A stretch of DNA of 48,377 nucleotides, taken from positions 1 through 48,377 of the forward strand of contig CBFHTW010000003.1 of NCBI GenBank assembly GCA_965659025.1, in the 5' to 3' direction. Below are positions 35,516 through 45,400 of the stretch, one piece after another; positions within the stretch are counted from its first letter, which is position 1; every line of letters starts with the position of its first letter. The position numbers were made by a program, and so were the translations under genes. This DNA is from Minisyncoccia bacterium (GTDB taxonomy: Bacteria > Patescibacteriota > Minisyncoccia > Phycocordibacterales > UBA2100). The notes beneath the pieces were generated by a model. It made no database searches. It saw nothing but the letters and a program-made list of their open reading frames with translations, and was not told where the DNA came from.

Positions 35516-36910
35516 ATGAACAAGATTATCTCTTCAGTACTCGCGTTTTCGGCGCTTTTTGGCGCCCAAATCGCCTCCGCTCAGTCGTTTTATCAATACC
35601 AGCCAATGTATGGCACTGGGTGCGTGACTATCACTCAGACGCTCTCGCTTGGGTCGTCTGATTCGTACACGGGCGGACAAGTGTCTACACTTCAGCGTTT
35701 CCTTGTGACTGCCGGATACCTCAATACCAACGACATTGTTGGGTACTTCGGCAAGGCAACGAGCGCGGCGGTGAAGCGCTTTCAGCGCGCGCAGGGCGTT
35801 CCTGTCTCCGGGGTCGTGGGTGAACTCACTCGCAACGCGGTACAACGCGTAAGTTGCAGTGGCGCATACGGAACTGCGTATAACTACAATTACGTTGCAC
35901 CGACGTACTACACGACGCCTACGTACAACACCTACCCATACCTCACCTGTGGCAATGGGTACGCGTACACCTCGTGTGCACAGCCGCTTCTCGCGACACT
36001 CAACTACATTAGTCCGACAGCAGGCGCGGTAGGTTCCACGGTAACCGTGTTTGGTTCTGGATTCTCCACATCAAACAACACCGTGCACTTCGGCAATGGC
36101 ATCATCACCAACCTTGGTTCTGCAGATGGCCGCTCGGTATCGTTTACCGTGCCGGCACAACTCACTGGATATGGTTCTCAGCCGGTGGTGCTTGGTACGT
36201 ATCCGGTTTCCGTCACCAACGCGTATGGCTCTACTTCTGGCACGGCACCGTTTACGGTGACATCGCTCGGAATCTCTGCCGCACCGACGATCAGCAACCT
36301 CACTGGTCCGACGACGATCGGCGTTGCCTCGCAGGGCGTGTGGAGCTTCACCGTAACACCACGCAGTGGCACGGGTTACATTACCGCCTCGGTTACATGG
36401 GGCGACGAGGGTTCATACCCGTACGTGTATGCGGCTCAAAACAGCCAACAGCTTGCATATGGCGGAACACAGACTGTTTCGTTCACGCACGCATACCTCG
36501 TACCTGGTACGTACACGATTACCTTCACAGTGCGCGACGCGAACAGCGCGCAGAGTAGCACCGCGACGATGACCGTTACTGTCTCTGGCAGTGCGTCCTA
36601 CGGTGCGCCGACGATTGCCTCGGTGAATCCGTCGTCTGCACGTGTGGGCACGCAGATTGTGATTTCCGGTTCCGGCTTCACGCCAACAGGCAACATCGTG
36701 CGTTTTGGGAACGGCGGCATGCAGAATGTGAGTGCACAGAACGGCACGACAATGCTCTACACAATTCCGTACGCGACGTCGCCTTGTGACATCATGAGCG
36801 GATACGTCTGTGCGGCATCGGCACAGCTCATCACTCCTGGGACATACCCACTCTTCGTGACGAATGCGAACGGCACTTCCGGCACGATCTACTTCACCGT
36901 ACTTCCGTAA
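35516..36910 (+). CDS. Secreted protein: peptidoglycan-binding domain plus IPT/TIG and PKD-like Ig domains
   Basis: V..LQRFL..GY..GYFG..T..AVKRFQ, GSGF repeats and WGD..HAY..PGTYTITFTV. Confidence 0.85.
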   Translation: MNKIISSVLAFSALFGAQIASAQSFYQYQPMYGTGCVTITQTLSLGSSDSYTGGQVSTLQRFLVTAGYLNTNDIVGYFGKATSAAVKRFQRAQGVPVSGVVGELTRNAVQRVSCSGAYGTAYNYNYVAPTYYTTPTYNTYPYLTCGNGYAYTSCAQPLLATLNYISPTAGAVGSTVTVFGSGFSTSNNTVHFGNGIITNLGSADGRSVSFTVPAQLTGYGSQPVVLGTYPVSVTNAYGSTSGTAPFTVTSLGISAAPTISNLTGPTTIGVASQGVWSFTVTPRSGTGYITASVTWGDEGSYPYVYAAQNSQQLAYGGTQTVSFTHAYLVPGTYTITFTVRDANSAQSSTATMTVTVSGSASYGAPTIASVNPSSARVGTQIVISGSGFTPTGNIVRFGNGGMQNVSAQNGTTMLYTIPYATSPCDIMSGYVCAASAQLITPGTYPLFVTNANGTSGTIYFTVLP

Positions 36911-36981
36911 GGTTGTTTCCTGAAGTGCGTGTTTGCGGCGCGGCCTTTAGGCCGCGCCGCTTCGTGTTGTATAGTGCTCGC

Positions 36982-38754
36982 ATGGACGAGCAGTTGCTTT
37001 CACCGATACAAGAGGCGCTTGTGGCGTATTTGCGAGAAAAGGGCATAGCCGAGCCGGATGTCGTGTTTGAACGTCCCGCGCAGAGAGAACACGGAGATAT
37101 ATCAGCAAACATAGCGTTGCGATACGCCAAAACACTTGGTGTCTCGCCGGTTGCTCTTGTTGAAGAATTGGCAACGCATCTGCGCGGCGCACGCATCCCC
37201 GCAATCGCCTCTGTTGCCGCTGTGTCTCCTGGGTTTCTCAACATCACACTCTCCCCACAAGCGCTTATGGGATGCGTGCGCCGCGTGTTTGAAGAGTGCG
37301 ACACATACGGAAGACACAACACTCACGCTGGAGAGGTATGGGTGGTGGAACACACATCGCCCAACCCAAACAAGGCGATGCACCTCGGGCACCTGCACAA
37401 CAATCTCACCGGCATGTCCATTGCCAATCTACTTTCTTTTGAGGGCGCGAAAGTGGTGCGCGACTGCGTAGACAACAACCGCGGTATCGCGATCGCAAAA
37501 GCAATGTGGGGTTTCTTGGATCTTATGAAAAAAGAAACCATTTCTCCCAATGACGCGGGATATTGGAATCAGCATCGCACTGAATGGAGTACGCCGGAGG
37601 AGCGAAATCTCACACCCGACCGATTCATCACTGCGTGTTATGTGCACGGCTCGCAGGCGGCAGAACAAGACCCCAAGGCGGATGCCGCAATCCGCGCCAT
37701 GGTTGTCTCATGGGAGGCGGGTGATACAGATACATGGAAACTGTGGGAACACATACTCGGCTATTCGTGGGCCGGCATCAACAAAACACTTGCGCGCCTG
37801 GGCAACCACTGGGATGTGGTATGGCACGAGCACGAACATTACCAAGATGGAAAACAGTGGGTGGAACAAGGTTTGAGCAAGGGAGTGTTCCAAAAATTGG
37901 ATGACGGAGCCGTTATCACCAATCTGGCCGCGTATGATTTGCCCGATACCGTGATTCTAAAAAAAGACGGCACCTCGCTGTATCTGACGCAAGACGTGGC
38001 ACTGACCGCGATGAAAAAACACACATACGGCGCGAACCATCTAGTGTGGGTCATTGGGCCGGAACAAACACTCGCGATGAAACAGCTCTTTGCCGTGTGC
38101 GAGCAACTTGGCATCGGCACACGTTCGGAATTTACTCATGTGCCGTATGGCTATGTGGGACTTTCCGATGAAGACGGCAGATTTACGACGATGTCTTCGC
38201 GAGAGGGAAACGTGGTGCTCATTGATGACGTGTTGGACGCCATACGAGAAAAGACAGCGGCGCAGTTGAAAGAGCCGGACGATCAGCGCGCGGAGGCGCT
38301 TGCGGTAGCGGCACTGAAGTTTGCGATACTTAAAGCGGCAAAGGATCAGCAGATTGCCTTTTCCGTGGAGCGTTCCGTGGACGTACATGGCGACTCGGGC
38401 GTGTATGTGCTCTACACATATGCGCGTATTCGTTCTCTCTTGCGCAAGGCGGCGGAAGCGCAGATTCGGCCGGATATTGGCGAGTGGACGCCGACATCTG
38501 TTTCCGGCTTGGCGATAGCGCGCGAACTGTCGTGGTTCCCCGAGGCGGTGGCGGAGAGTGCCAGTGATTTTTCGGTACATCACATTGCGCAGTATGTGCT
38601 CGCACTCTGCGGAGCATTCAACCGTTGGTATGGCGAAGAGCAGATACTTGATGTGGAAGATTCCGTGGCACGCCTCGCGCTTGCAGAAGCCGTTTCCATT
38701 GTATTGAAAAATGGGCTTGGTGTGTTGGGTATTGAGGTGCTTGAGGAGGTCTGA
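36982..38754 (+). CDS. argS: Arginine-tRNA ligase
   Basis: SPNPNKAMHLGH, KDGTSLY, MSSREG and YTYARIRS motifs. Confidence 0.95.
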   Translation: MDEQLLSPIQEALVAYLREKGIAEPDVVFERPAQREHGDISANIALRYAKTLGVSPVALVEELATHLRGARIPAIASVAAVSPGFLNITLSPQALMGCVRRVFEECDTYGRHNTHAGEVWVVEHTSPNPNKAMHLGHLHNNLTGMSIANLLSFEGAKVVRDCVDNNRGIAIAKAMWGFLDLMKKETISPNDAGYWNQHRTEWSTPEERNLTPDRFITACYVHGSQAAEQDPKADAAIRAMVVSWEAGDTDTWKLWEHILGYSWAGINKTLARLGNHWDVVWHEHEHYQDGKQWVEQGLSKGVFQKLDDGAVITNLAAYDLPDTVILKKDGTSLYLTQDVALTAMKKHTYGANHLVWVIGPEQTLAMKQLFAVCEQLGIGTRSEFTHVPYGYVGLSDEDGRFTTMSSREGNVVLIDDVLDAIREKTAAQLKEPDDQRAEALAVAALKFAILKAAKDQQIAFSVERSVDVHGDSGVYVLYTYARIRSLLRKAAEAQIRPDIGEWTPTSVSGLAIARELSWFPEAVAESASDFSVHHIAQYVLALCGAFNRWYGEEQILDVEDSVARLALAEAVSIVLKNGLGVLGIEVLEEV

Positions 38755-38797
38755 TTGGAATGTTTTTATGGAGTGTTCCATGATATTCTTTTGAGAT

Positions 38798-40261
38798 ATG
38801 TCCAGCGGTGAAGACATCAGAAATGAACGCATCCAAAAGCTTTCCCTCCTGCGGGAAGCGGGAATGGAAGGGTATCCAGTGCACACCGAGCGCACATCAG
38901 ATATTCACGCATTTGTCGCCGATTTTTCTGCACTGCTTGAATCGCAGGCGCTGTATACGCTCGCCGGGCGTGTGATGTCGCGCCGCGGGCAGGGCGGCAT
39001 CGTCTTTGCCGATATATTTGACGGCAGTGCTCGGGTGCAGATCGTATTGCAAGAGGCGGATATGCCCGCGGCGCTTTTTGAGCTCTTTGGTAAGGCGGTG
39101 GACACTGGAGATTTCATTGAAGTGTCTGGTGCCGCGCTTCTTACCAAGCGCGGCGAGCGCTCACTCAAAGTTTCGCAGTGGCGCATGCTCGCCAAATCAC
39201 TTCGTCCGATTCCCGACGAATGGTTTGGGTTGAAGGATGACGAAAAACGCCTGCGCGAACGCGAGCTTGATATTCTCACCAATCCGGATCTGCGTGCGCT
39301 CTTTGTGCGTCGTGCGAAGTTTTGGCAGACGATACGCTCCTTCCTTATGGACCGCGGTTTTTTGGAGGTGGAAACGCCCGTGTTGGAAAATTCTCCCGGC
39401 GGGGCCGATGCGCGACCTTTCGTTACACACCACAACGCGTTGGACATTGATGTATACCTGCGTATTGCCGCAGGAGAGCTTTGGCAAAAGCGGCTTCTCG
39501 TAGCCGGTTTTTCAAAAGTCTTTGAAATCGGACGCGTGTTTCGCAATGAAGGGCAATCCGCTGAGCATCTGCAAGATTACACGCAGGTGGAGTTTTACCA
39601 GGCGTATGCCGACATGACAGAGGGCATGGAAATCGTGCGCGATTTATATCGTCGCATTGCGGCGGACGTGTATGGCACGCAGGTGTTTTCTATACGCGGG
39701 TTTGAGGTGGACATGGCCGCGTCGTGGCCGGTCTTGGATTTCAGAGAGCTCTTTGATGAACATTTTGGCATCAACCCAACGCGCTGTACCGAAGGTGAAG
39801 CCATCGCGGCGGCAGAGCGCGCGGGGGTAAGTATGTCTGGGACGCCGAACAAGCCACGCGCGTTGGATGCGCTTTGGAAGAGTATTCGCAAGAGCATTGG
39901 CGGTCCGGCGTTTTTGGTTGGCGTTCCAGTGTTTATGGAGCCGTTGGCCAAACGCTCTGCAGATGGTGAGAGTGTGGAGCGATTCCAGGTACTCATTGCC
40001 GGATCGGAGGTGGGGAAGGGATACAGCGAGCTGAATGACCCGCAAGATCAGTATGAGCGTTTCGTCGCCCAGGAAGCCTTGCGAAATCTTGGCGACGATG
40101 AAGCCCAGCGCATGGATAGTGATTTTGTGCGCGCACTTGAATATGGCATGCCGCCGGCGTTTGGGTTTGGCGTTTCGGAGCGCCTTTTTGCATTTTTGGA
40201 AAACAAGCCAGCGCATGAATCCCAGCTGTTTCCGCTTTTGCGCCCGAGGGTGGGTGAGTAG
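38798..40261 (+). CDS. lysS: Lysine-tRNA ligase class II
   Basis: FLEVETP, ARPFVTHHNALD, FRNEG, YSELNDP and EYGMPP motifs. Confidence 0.96.
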   Translation: MSSGEDIRNERIQKLSLLREAGMEGYPVHTERTSDIHAFVADFSALLESQALYTLAGRVMSRRGQGGIVFADIFDGSARVQIVLQEADMPAALFELFGKAVDTGDFIEVSGAALLTKRGERSLKVSQWRMLAKSLRPIPDEWFGLKDDEKRLRERELDILTNPDLRALFVRRAKFWQTIRSFLMDRGFLEVETPVLENSPGGADARPFVTHHNALDIDVYLRIAAGELWQKRLLVAGFSKVFEIGRVFRNEGQSAEHLQDYTQVEFYQAYADMTEGMEIVRDLYRRIAADVYGTQVFSIRGFEVDMAASWPVLDFRELFDEHFGINPTRCTEGEAIAAAERAGVSMSGTPNKPRALDALWKSIRKSIGGPAFLVGVPVFMEPLAKRSADGESVERFQVLIAGSEVGKGYSELNDPQDQYERFVAQEALRNLGDDEAQRMDSDFVRALEYGMPPAFGFGVSERLFAFLENKPAHESQLFPLLRPRVGE

Positions 40262-40323
40262 TGGTTTTTCTCGTCTCGTACAAAGCATTGACCCAAAGCT
40301 CTCTGTTTGGTACAGTGCCTGCC

Positions 40324-40710
40324 ATGCTGAAAATCAGATTACAGAGGGTCGGCCGCAAGAACAGTCCGTCGTATCGCGTGGTCGTCGGTGAGCACACCAT
40401 CGGCCCCAAGAGCGGGAAGTTTCTTGAGACACTTGGCTCATACAACCCCAAGACAAAGATGCGCACCTTGAGCGCAGAGCGTATCCAGTACTGGCTTTCC
40501 AAGGGGGCGCAGGCAAGCGGCACTGTGCACAACATGCTTGTAAGTGCCAATGTCATTTCCGGAAAGAAAATAAACGTACTCCCCAAGAAGAGCCCGCCGA
40601 AAAAAGAGGAAACAGCTGAGTCTGTTGCTCCGGCCGAGCAGGCTCCTGCGGCAGAAACGCCCGTTGTAGCGGCCGAGGCGGAGACGCCGAGCGAGGAGGT
40701 TGCCGCCTAG
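40324..40710 (+). CDS. rpsP: 30S ribosomal protein S16
   Basis: MLKIRLQRVGRK..YRVVV..LGSYNP..GAQ. Promoter TTGACC-N17-TACAGT at 40288-40316. Confidence 0.97.
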   Translation: MLKIRLQRVGRKNSPSYRVVVGEHTIGPKSGKFLETLGSYNPKTKMRTLSAERIQYWLSKGAQASGTVHNMLVSANVISGKKINVLPKKSPPKKEETAESVAPAEQAPAAETPVVAAEAETPSEEVAA

Positions 40711-40770
40711 GTAGCAGTGCCTGCTAGGGCGGGGTATACTAAAAGACATTACTAAGGTAGCGAGACAGTT

Positions 40771-41091
40771 ATGGAACGCGACCAGCAGTTTTTGGAATAT
40801 GTAGTGAAGGCGCTCGTGGAGCACCCGGAAGACGTGCAGATCAATCGCACGATAGACGAGATGGGTGTATTGCTCACACTCAAGGTGCACCAGGACGACA
40901 TGGGCAAGATCATTGGTAAAAGCGGCGCGACCGCAAAAGCGATTCGCACTGTATTGCGCGTGGTGGGTATGAAGAACGACGCGCGTGTCAATCTCAAGAT
41001 TGAAGAGCCGGAGGGTGCCGACATGGACCGCTCTGTGCCGAAGATTGATCGCACGGTTGAAGACGTTATTGCTGATTTGAAGGCGGAGTAA
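40771..41091 (+). CDS. khpA: KH-domain RNA-binding protein
   Basis: DMGKIIGKSGATAKAIR, located after rpsP. Confidence 0.92.
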   Translation: MERDQQFLEYVVKALVEHPEDVQINRTIDEMGVLLTLKVHQDDMGKIIGKSGATAKAIRTVLRVVGMKNDARVNLKIEEPEGADMDRSVPKIDRTVEDVIADLKAE

Positions 41092-41099
41092 CCATCTTC

Positions 41100-41235
41100 G
41101 TGACCTCCGAATGTTTTTGGGTACGGAATTTTTCTGCTGAAAAATTCCTCCATCCTCACGCTCTGCCTGCCCTGCATGCGCAGGCATGGCAGACAGGCGT
41201 CGCGTTGCGGAGTCCCAAAAACACTCGGTGGTCAC
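41100..41235. repeat. Structured palindromic element, copy 2
   Basis: Outer IR GTGACC..TGTTTTTGGG / CCCAAAAACA..GGTCAC, inner GGAATTTTTC-TGCT-GAAAAATTCC, CTGCCTGCC..GGCAGACAGG then CGTCGCG as in copy 1. Confidence 0.8.
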
Positions 41236-41262
41236 TTATATGGTAGATATGACGACATGCAT

Positions 41263-41898
41263 ATGATTCACTTCCACATCATCACATTGTTTCCAGACTC
41301 AATTGAGCCGTATTTGCACAGCTCTATCATTGGCCGCGCGCTCAAGGAAAAAAAGGCGAAGATTTCTTTTTATAACCCAAAAGATTTTACGAATGATGCC
41401 CATGCGCGCGTAGACAGGCGGCCATACGGCGGGGGGCCGGGTATGGTGCTGGAACCGGAGGCGGTACTTCGGGCCGCCAAGAAAGCCATCGGCACTCGTA
41501 AGGCGGAAGTGATCTTCTTTTCTCCCGGAGGCAAGCAGTTTGACGAAGCAACTGCTAAGAAACTTTCCAAAAAGAAAGACGTTGTGTGTATCTGTGGGCA
41601 CTATGAAGGAGTGGATGCGCGAGTGGAAAAGATACTCAAAGCGAAGGGTGTGTCCGTAGGGCCGTTCGTGCTCACCGGCGGTGAATTGCCGGCGGCGCTT
41701 ATTGCGGATGCAACATTGCGTTTTGTGCCTGGCGTACTCGGCAAGGCGGAGTCGCTGGAAGGTGCGCGCGTATCCGCGCACGATGTGTACACTCGGCCCG
41801 AGGTGCTGGTATGGAAAGGGAAGAAGTATCGTGTGCCTAAGGTGCTTCTCTCGGGTAACCACGCGAAGATAGAGGAGTGGAAAAAGAAACATTCATAA
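41263..41898 (+). CDS. trmD: tRNA (guanine37-N1)-methyltransferase
   Basis: ITLFP, VDRRPYGGGPGM, CGHYEGVD, VLTGGELPA and LLSGNHAKI motifs. Confidence 0.96.
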   Translation: MIHFHIITLFPDSIEPYLHSSIIGRALKEKKAKISFYNPKDFTNDAHARVDRRPYGGGPGMVLEPEAVLRAAKKAIGTRKAEVIFFSPGGKQFDEATAKKLSKKKDVVCICGHYEGVDARVEKILKAKGVSVGPFVLTGGELPAALIADATLRFVPGVLGKAESLEGARVSAHDVYTRPEVLVWKGKKYRVPKVLLSGNHAKIEEWKKKHS

Positions 41899-41985
41899 CA
41901 TTGACCCTTTAGTGGAGCCAAGGTAGTATGCCAACCCAGGAGGACGCAGAGTGGTTCTGTGTTCTAAAGCCGAGAGGGTGCTGAA

Positions 41986-42195
41986 ATGAAAAAGGGAAGT
42001 GCACGCGGGCAAAAGGCCACAAAGGCCAAGCGTACAAACCACCGCGTGGAAAGGGGCTCGGATCCCACGATGAATACATCCACTGCTTGTTGCCGTCACG
42101 ATAGCCACAAGCATCTGGATCCCGATGTTGCGCGCCGCGCTGCACAAAATATGTGTGTGTGCAGCGAAGTGCGCGATTTTGATTTTTGCAAGTAG
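41986..42195 (+). CDS. Small basic Cys/His-rich hypothetical protein
   Basis: Promoter TTGACC-N17-TAGTAT at 41901-41929, purine-rich RBS, terminator at 42212-42250. Confidence 0.45.
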   Translation: MKKGSARGQKATKAKRTNHRVERGSDPTMNTSTACCRHDSHKHLDPDVARRAAQNMCVCSEVRDFDFCK

Positions 42196-42211
42196 CACCA
42201 ACAAGTTTTGC

Positions 42212-42250
42212 GGCCCCGCGGGATACAATCCCGCGGGGCCAGCATTTTTT
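42212..42250 (+). terminator. Intrinsic terminator
   Basis: GGCCCCGCGGGA/TCCCGCGGGGCC followed by a T tract. Confidence 0.75.
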
Positions 42251-42251
42251 G

Positions 42252-42280
42252 TTGACACAACACAAACAACCCTGTATACT
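42252..42280 (+). promoter_or_regulatory. rpoBC promoter
   Basis: TTGACA-N17-TATACT. Confidence 0.8.
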
Positions 42281-42405
42281 CGCCCTGTTTTCGTACTCCG
42301 ATTGAGTTGTGGATGCATACGGTACGTGAACGGTTTGTTTACAGGGTGCATAACAACTCATACCAGGGCCTGCCTCGCGCGTGAGGAAGACCCCACACAT
42401 TCGTT

Positions 42406-45400
42406 ATGGTAAAACGAACAGCGGCACGTCCGCAGAAGTTTTTTGGTCGTTTCCGGAAGCCGCTTGTAGAGCTTCCGAACCTTGTTGAAGCGCAACTCGC
42501 TTCGTTCAAGGAGTTTATTGAAAGTGGCGCTGAAAAAGTGTTTCGTGAGTTTTCTCCGATTGCTGATCACGCCGGAAAAAAGTTTGAATTGGAATTTGTA
42601 AAATTTTCGTTCGGCAAGTTGCGCTGTGACGAAGAGACGGCAAAGCGCCTCAACCGCACCTATGAGGCTCCGCTTTCTGTCGTTGCGCGATTGAAGAACA
42701 AAACGACCGGGGAAAAGAAAGAGCAGGAGATTTTTCTTGCGGACTTCCCATGGATGACCGAGCACGGCACATTCATCGTTTCCGGTGTAGAGCGTATCAT
42801 TGTGCCACAACTCGCGCGTAGCTATGGCGTGTTTTTTGACGCCGTTCCGTACAAAGGCGTGCGCTACTTCACAGCCAAGATTATTCCCGCGCGCGGCGTA
42901 TGGATTGAACTTGAATCTGATCCTGACGGCGCAGTGTACGTGAAGATAGACCGCAAGCGTCGCTTCCCGGTAACCTCTCTTTTGCGCGTGCTCGGACTCA
43001 ACAAAGATTCAGAAATCATGGGGCAGTTTAAGAGTGATGCCGCCCGCTCCGCGTTAGAAGCGACGCTGAAGATTGACCACGCACACACTAAGGAAGAGGC
43101 GGCTGTGGAGATTTACCGTCGGTTGCGCGATGGCGACATTGCGACGCCGGAAACGGCGCGCGATCATGTGGCATCTATCTTTTCTCCTGAGCGCTATGAT
43201 CTTTCGCGTGTTGGCCGTTTCCACTTCAACCGTCGCTTCGGTCTCGGTCTCAAAGAATCCGACCTCGCTGCCGGAACCCTTTCGGCCGCCGACGTTGTGC
43301 GCATCATCGCATACATCGCTGATTCCAATATTAATCCGAAGGCACAGCCGGACGACATTGATCACCTCGGTTTCCGCCGCGTGCGTTTCGTCGGCGAGCT
43401 TTTGGAACAGAAGATGCGCATCGGTCTCTCGCGCATGAAGCGCAACATTCAAGACCGTATGGCCATCGTGGATCCGGAGACGGTGTTGCCGGTGCAATTC
43501 GTCAACCCGCGTCCGTTCCAGGCGGCGGTGAAAGAATTCTTCACCACCAACCAGCTCTCACAGCTAATGAACCAGTACAACACACTGGATGAAATTGAAC
43601 ACCTTCGTACGCTCTCTACACTTGGCCCGAGCGGACTCACCGCCGAGCGCGCTGGCCTTGAGGTGCGCGACGTCCACTCCTCGCATTACGGTCGCGTGTG
43701 TCCTATCCACACACCGGAAGGCAAGAACATTGGTTTGGTATTGCACCTTTCGCTGTATGCCCGCCCAAACGAGTTTGGCATCATTGAGACGCCATACGCA
43801 AAGGTAGAAAAGGGCGTGGTAACAAAAGAAATCGTATACCTCAACGCGCTTGAAGAAGAGGGTGAGGCGATTGCGCACGCCGCGGTGCCGCGCGACGAGG
43901 CAGGGAAGATCACGCCGAAGATGGTGGAGGTACGCCGCGGTGGTGAGCCGACTCTCGTCTCACGCGATGAAGTGACATACATGGAGGTAGCCACCAACCA
44001 GCCGTTCTCCGTTGCAACATCACTCATTCCATTTATTGAAAACGACGACGCAAACCGCGCACTCATGGGTTCAAACATGCAGAAGCAGGCGGTTCCGCTT
44101 GTACAGCCACAGGTGCCGATCGTCGCGACCGGTGTTGAAGAAATAGCGGCACGCGATTCCGGACGCCTTTGTCTTGCCGCCGAGGCAGGAGAGGTAACCT
44201 ACATGGACGCTCGCGTGGTACGAGTAAAGAACGCAGACGGCAAGACACGCGAGTACCCACTCGTGACATTCTCCCGCACCAACGGCTTTACCGTATTCCA
44301 TCAGCGCCCGGCTGTCTCCGTGGGCGACAAGGTCAAGCGCGGCGATGTCATCGCGGAATCCGCTGGATCTGCCGACGGACAGCTCGCAATCGGACAAAAC
44401 GTCCGTGTCGCGTTCATGCCGTGGTTTGGCGCCAACTACGAAGACGCCATCATTATCTCCGAGCGCCTTGTAAAAGACGCGCGCTTCACCTCTATCCACA
44501 TGGAGGAATTTGAGTGTGTCGTACGCGACACGAAGCTCGGCGAAGAAGTTACTACGCACGACATTCCAAACGTGAGCGAATTTAAACTCCGCAACTTGGA
44601 CGAGGAGGGCATCATCCGTGTCGGTGCTGAAGTGCGCCCCGGCGACATCCTTGTCGGGAAGGTGACTCCCAAGGGCGAAACACAACTAACACCTGAGGAA
44701 CGCCTCTTGCACGCGATCTTCGGCGAGAAGGCAAAAGATGTCAAAGACACATCGCGCCGCATGGACGGCGGCAAACGCGGCCGCGTGGTGAGTGTCAAAG
44801 TATTTTCTCGCGAGAACGGCGACATGCTGGAGAGCGGCGTTATCAAGCGCATTCTTGTAGAAGTGGCGCAACTACGCACTGTCTCTGTGGGTGACAAGCT
44901 CGCCGGCCGTCACGGTAACAAGGGCGTCATCTCGCGCGTACTTCCTGAAGAAGACATGCCATACGACGAGCAGGGCAACCCGGTGGACATCATTCTCACC
45001 CCGCTTGGTGTGCCGTCTCGTATGAACCTCGGTCAGATTCTTGAGATCCACTTGGGACTTGCCGCCGAGGCGCTCGGCTACCAGGCCGTAGTGCCTTCAT
45101 TTGCTGGCGCCACGGAAGACGAGATTCGCTCCGAGCTTGCATCGGCCAATCTGCCCGAAACAGGAAAGTTTACGCTCTTTGACGGTCGCACAGGCGAAGC
45201 GTTCTCGCAGAAGATCGCCGTCGGCATCATGTACATGTTGAAACTTCACCACATGGTGGAAGACAAGATACACTCTCGTTCCATTGGTCCGTACTCACTC
45301 ACCACACAACAGCCGCTCGGTGGTAAAGCACAAGGAGGTGGTCAGCGCGTGGGAGAAATGGAAGTCTGGGCGTTTCTCGGCTATGGAGCCGCGTACTCGC

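Noticed and set aside
41176-41262. N-terminal extension of TrmD in the ORF track
   Set aside because: It is translated from the palindromic element. TrmD homology starts at about 41263.
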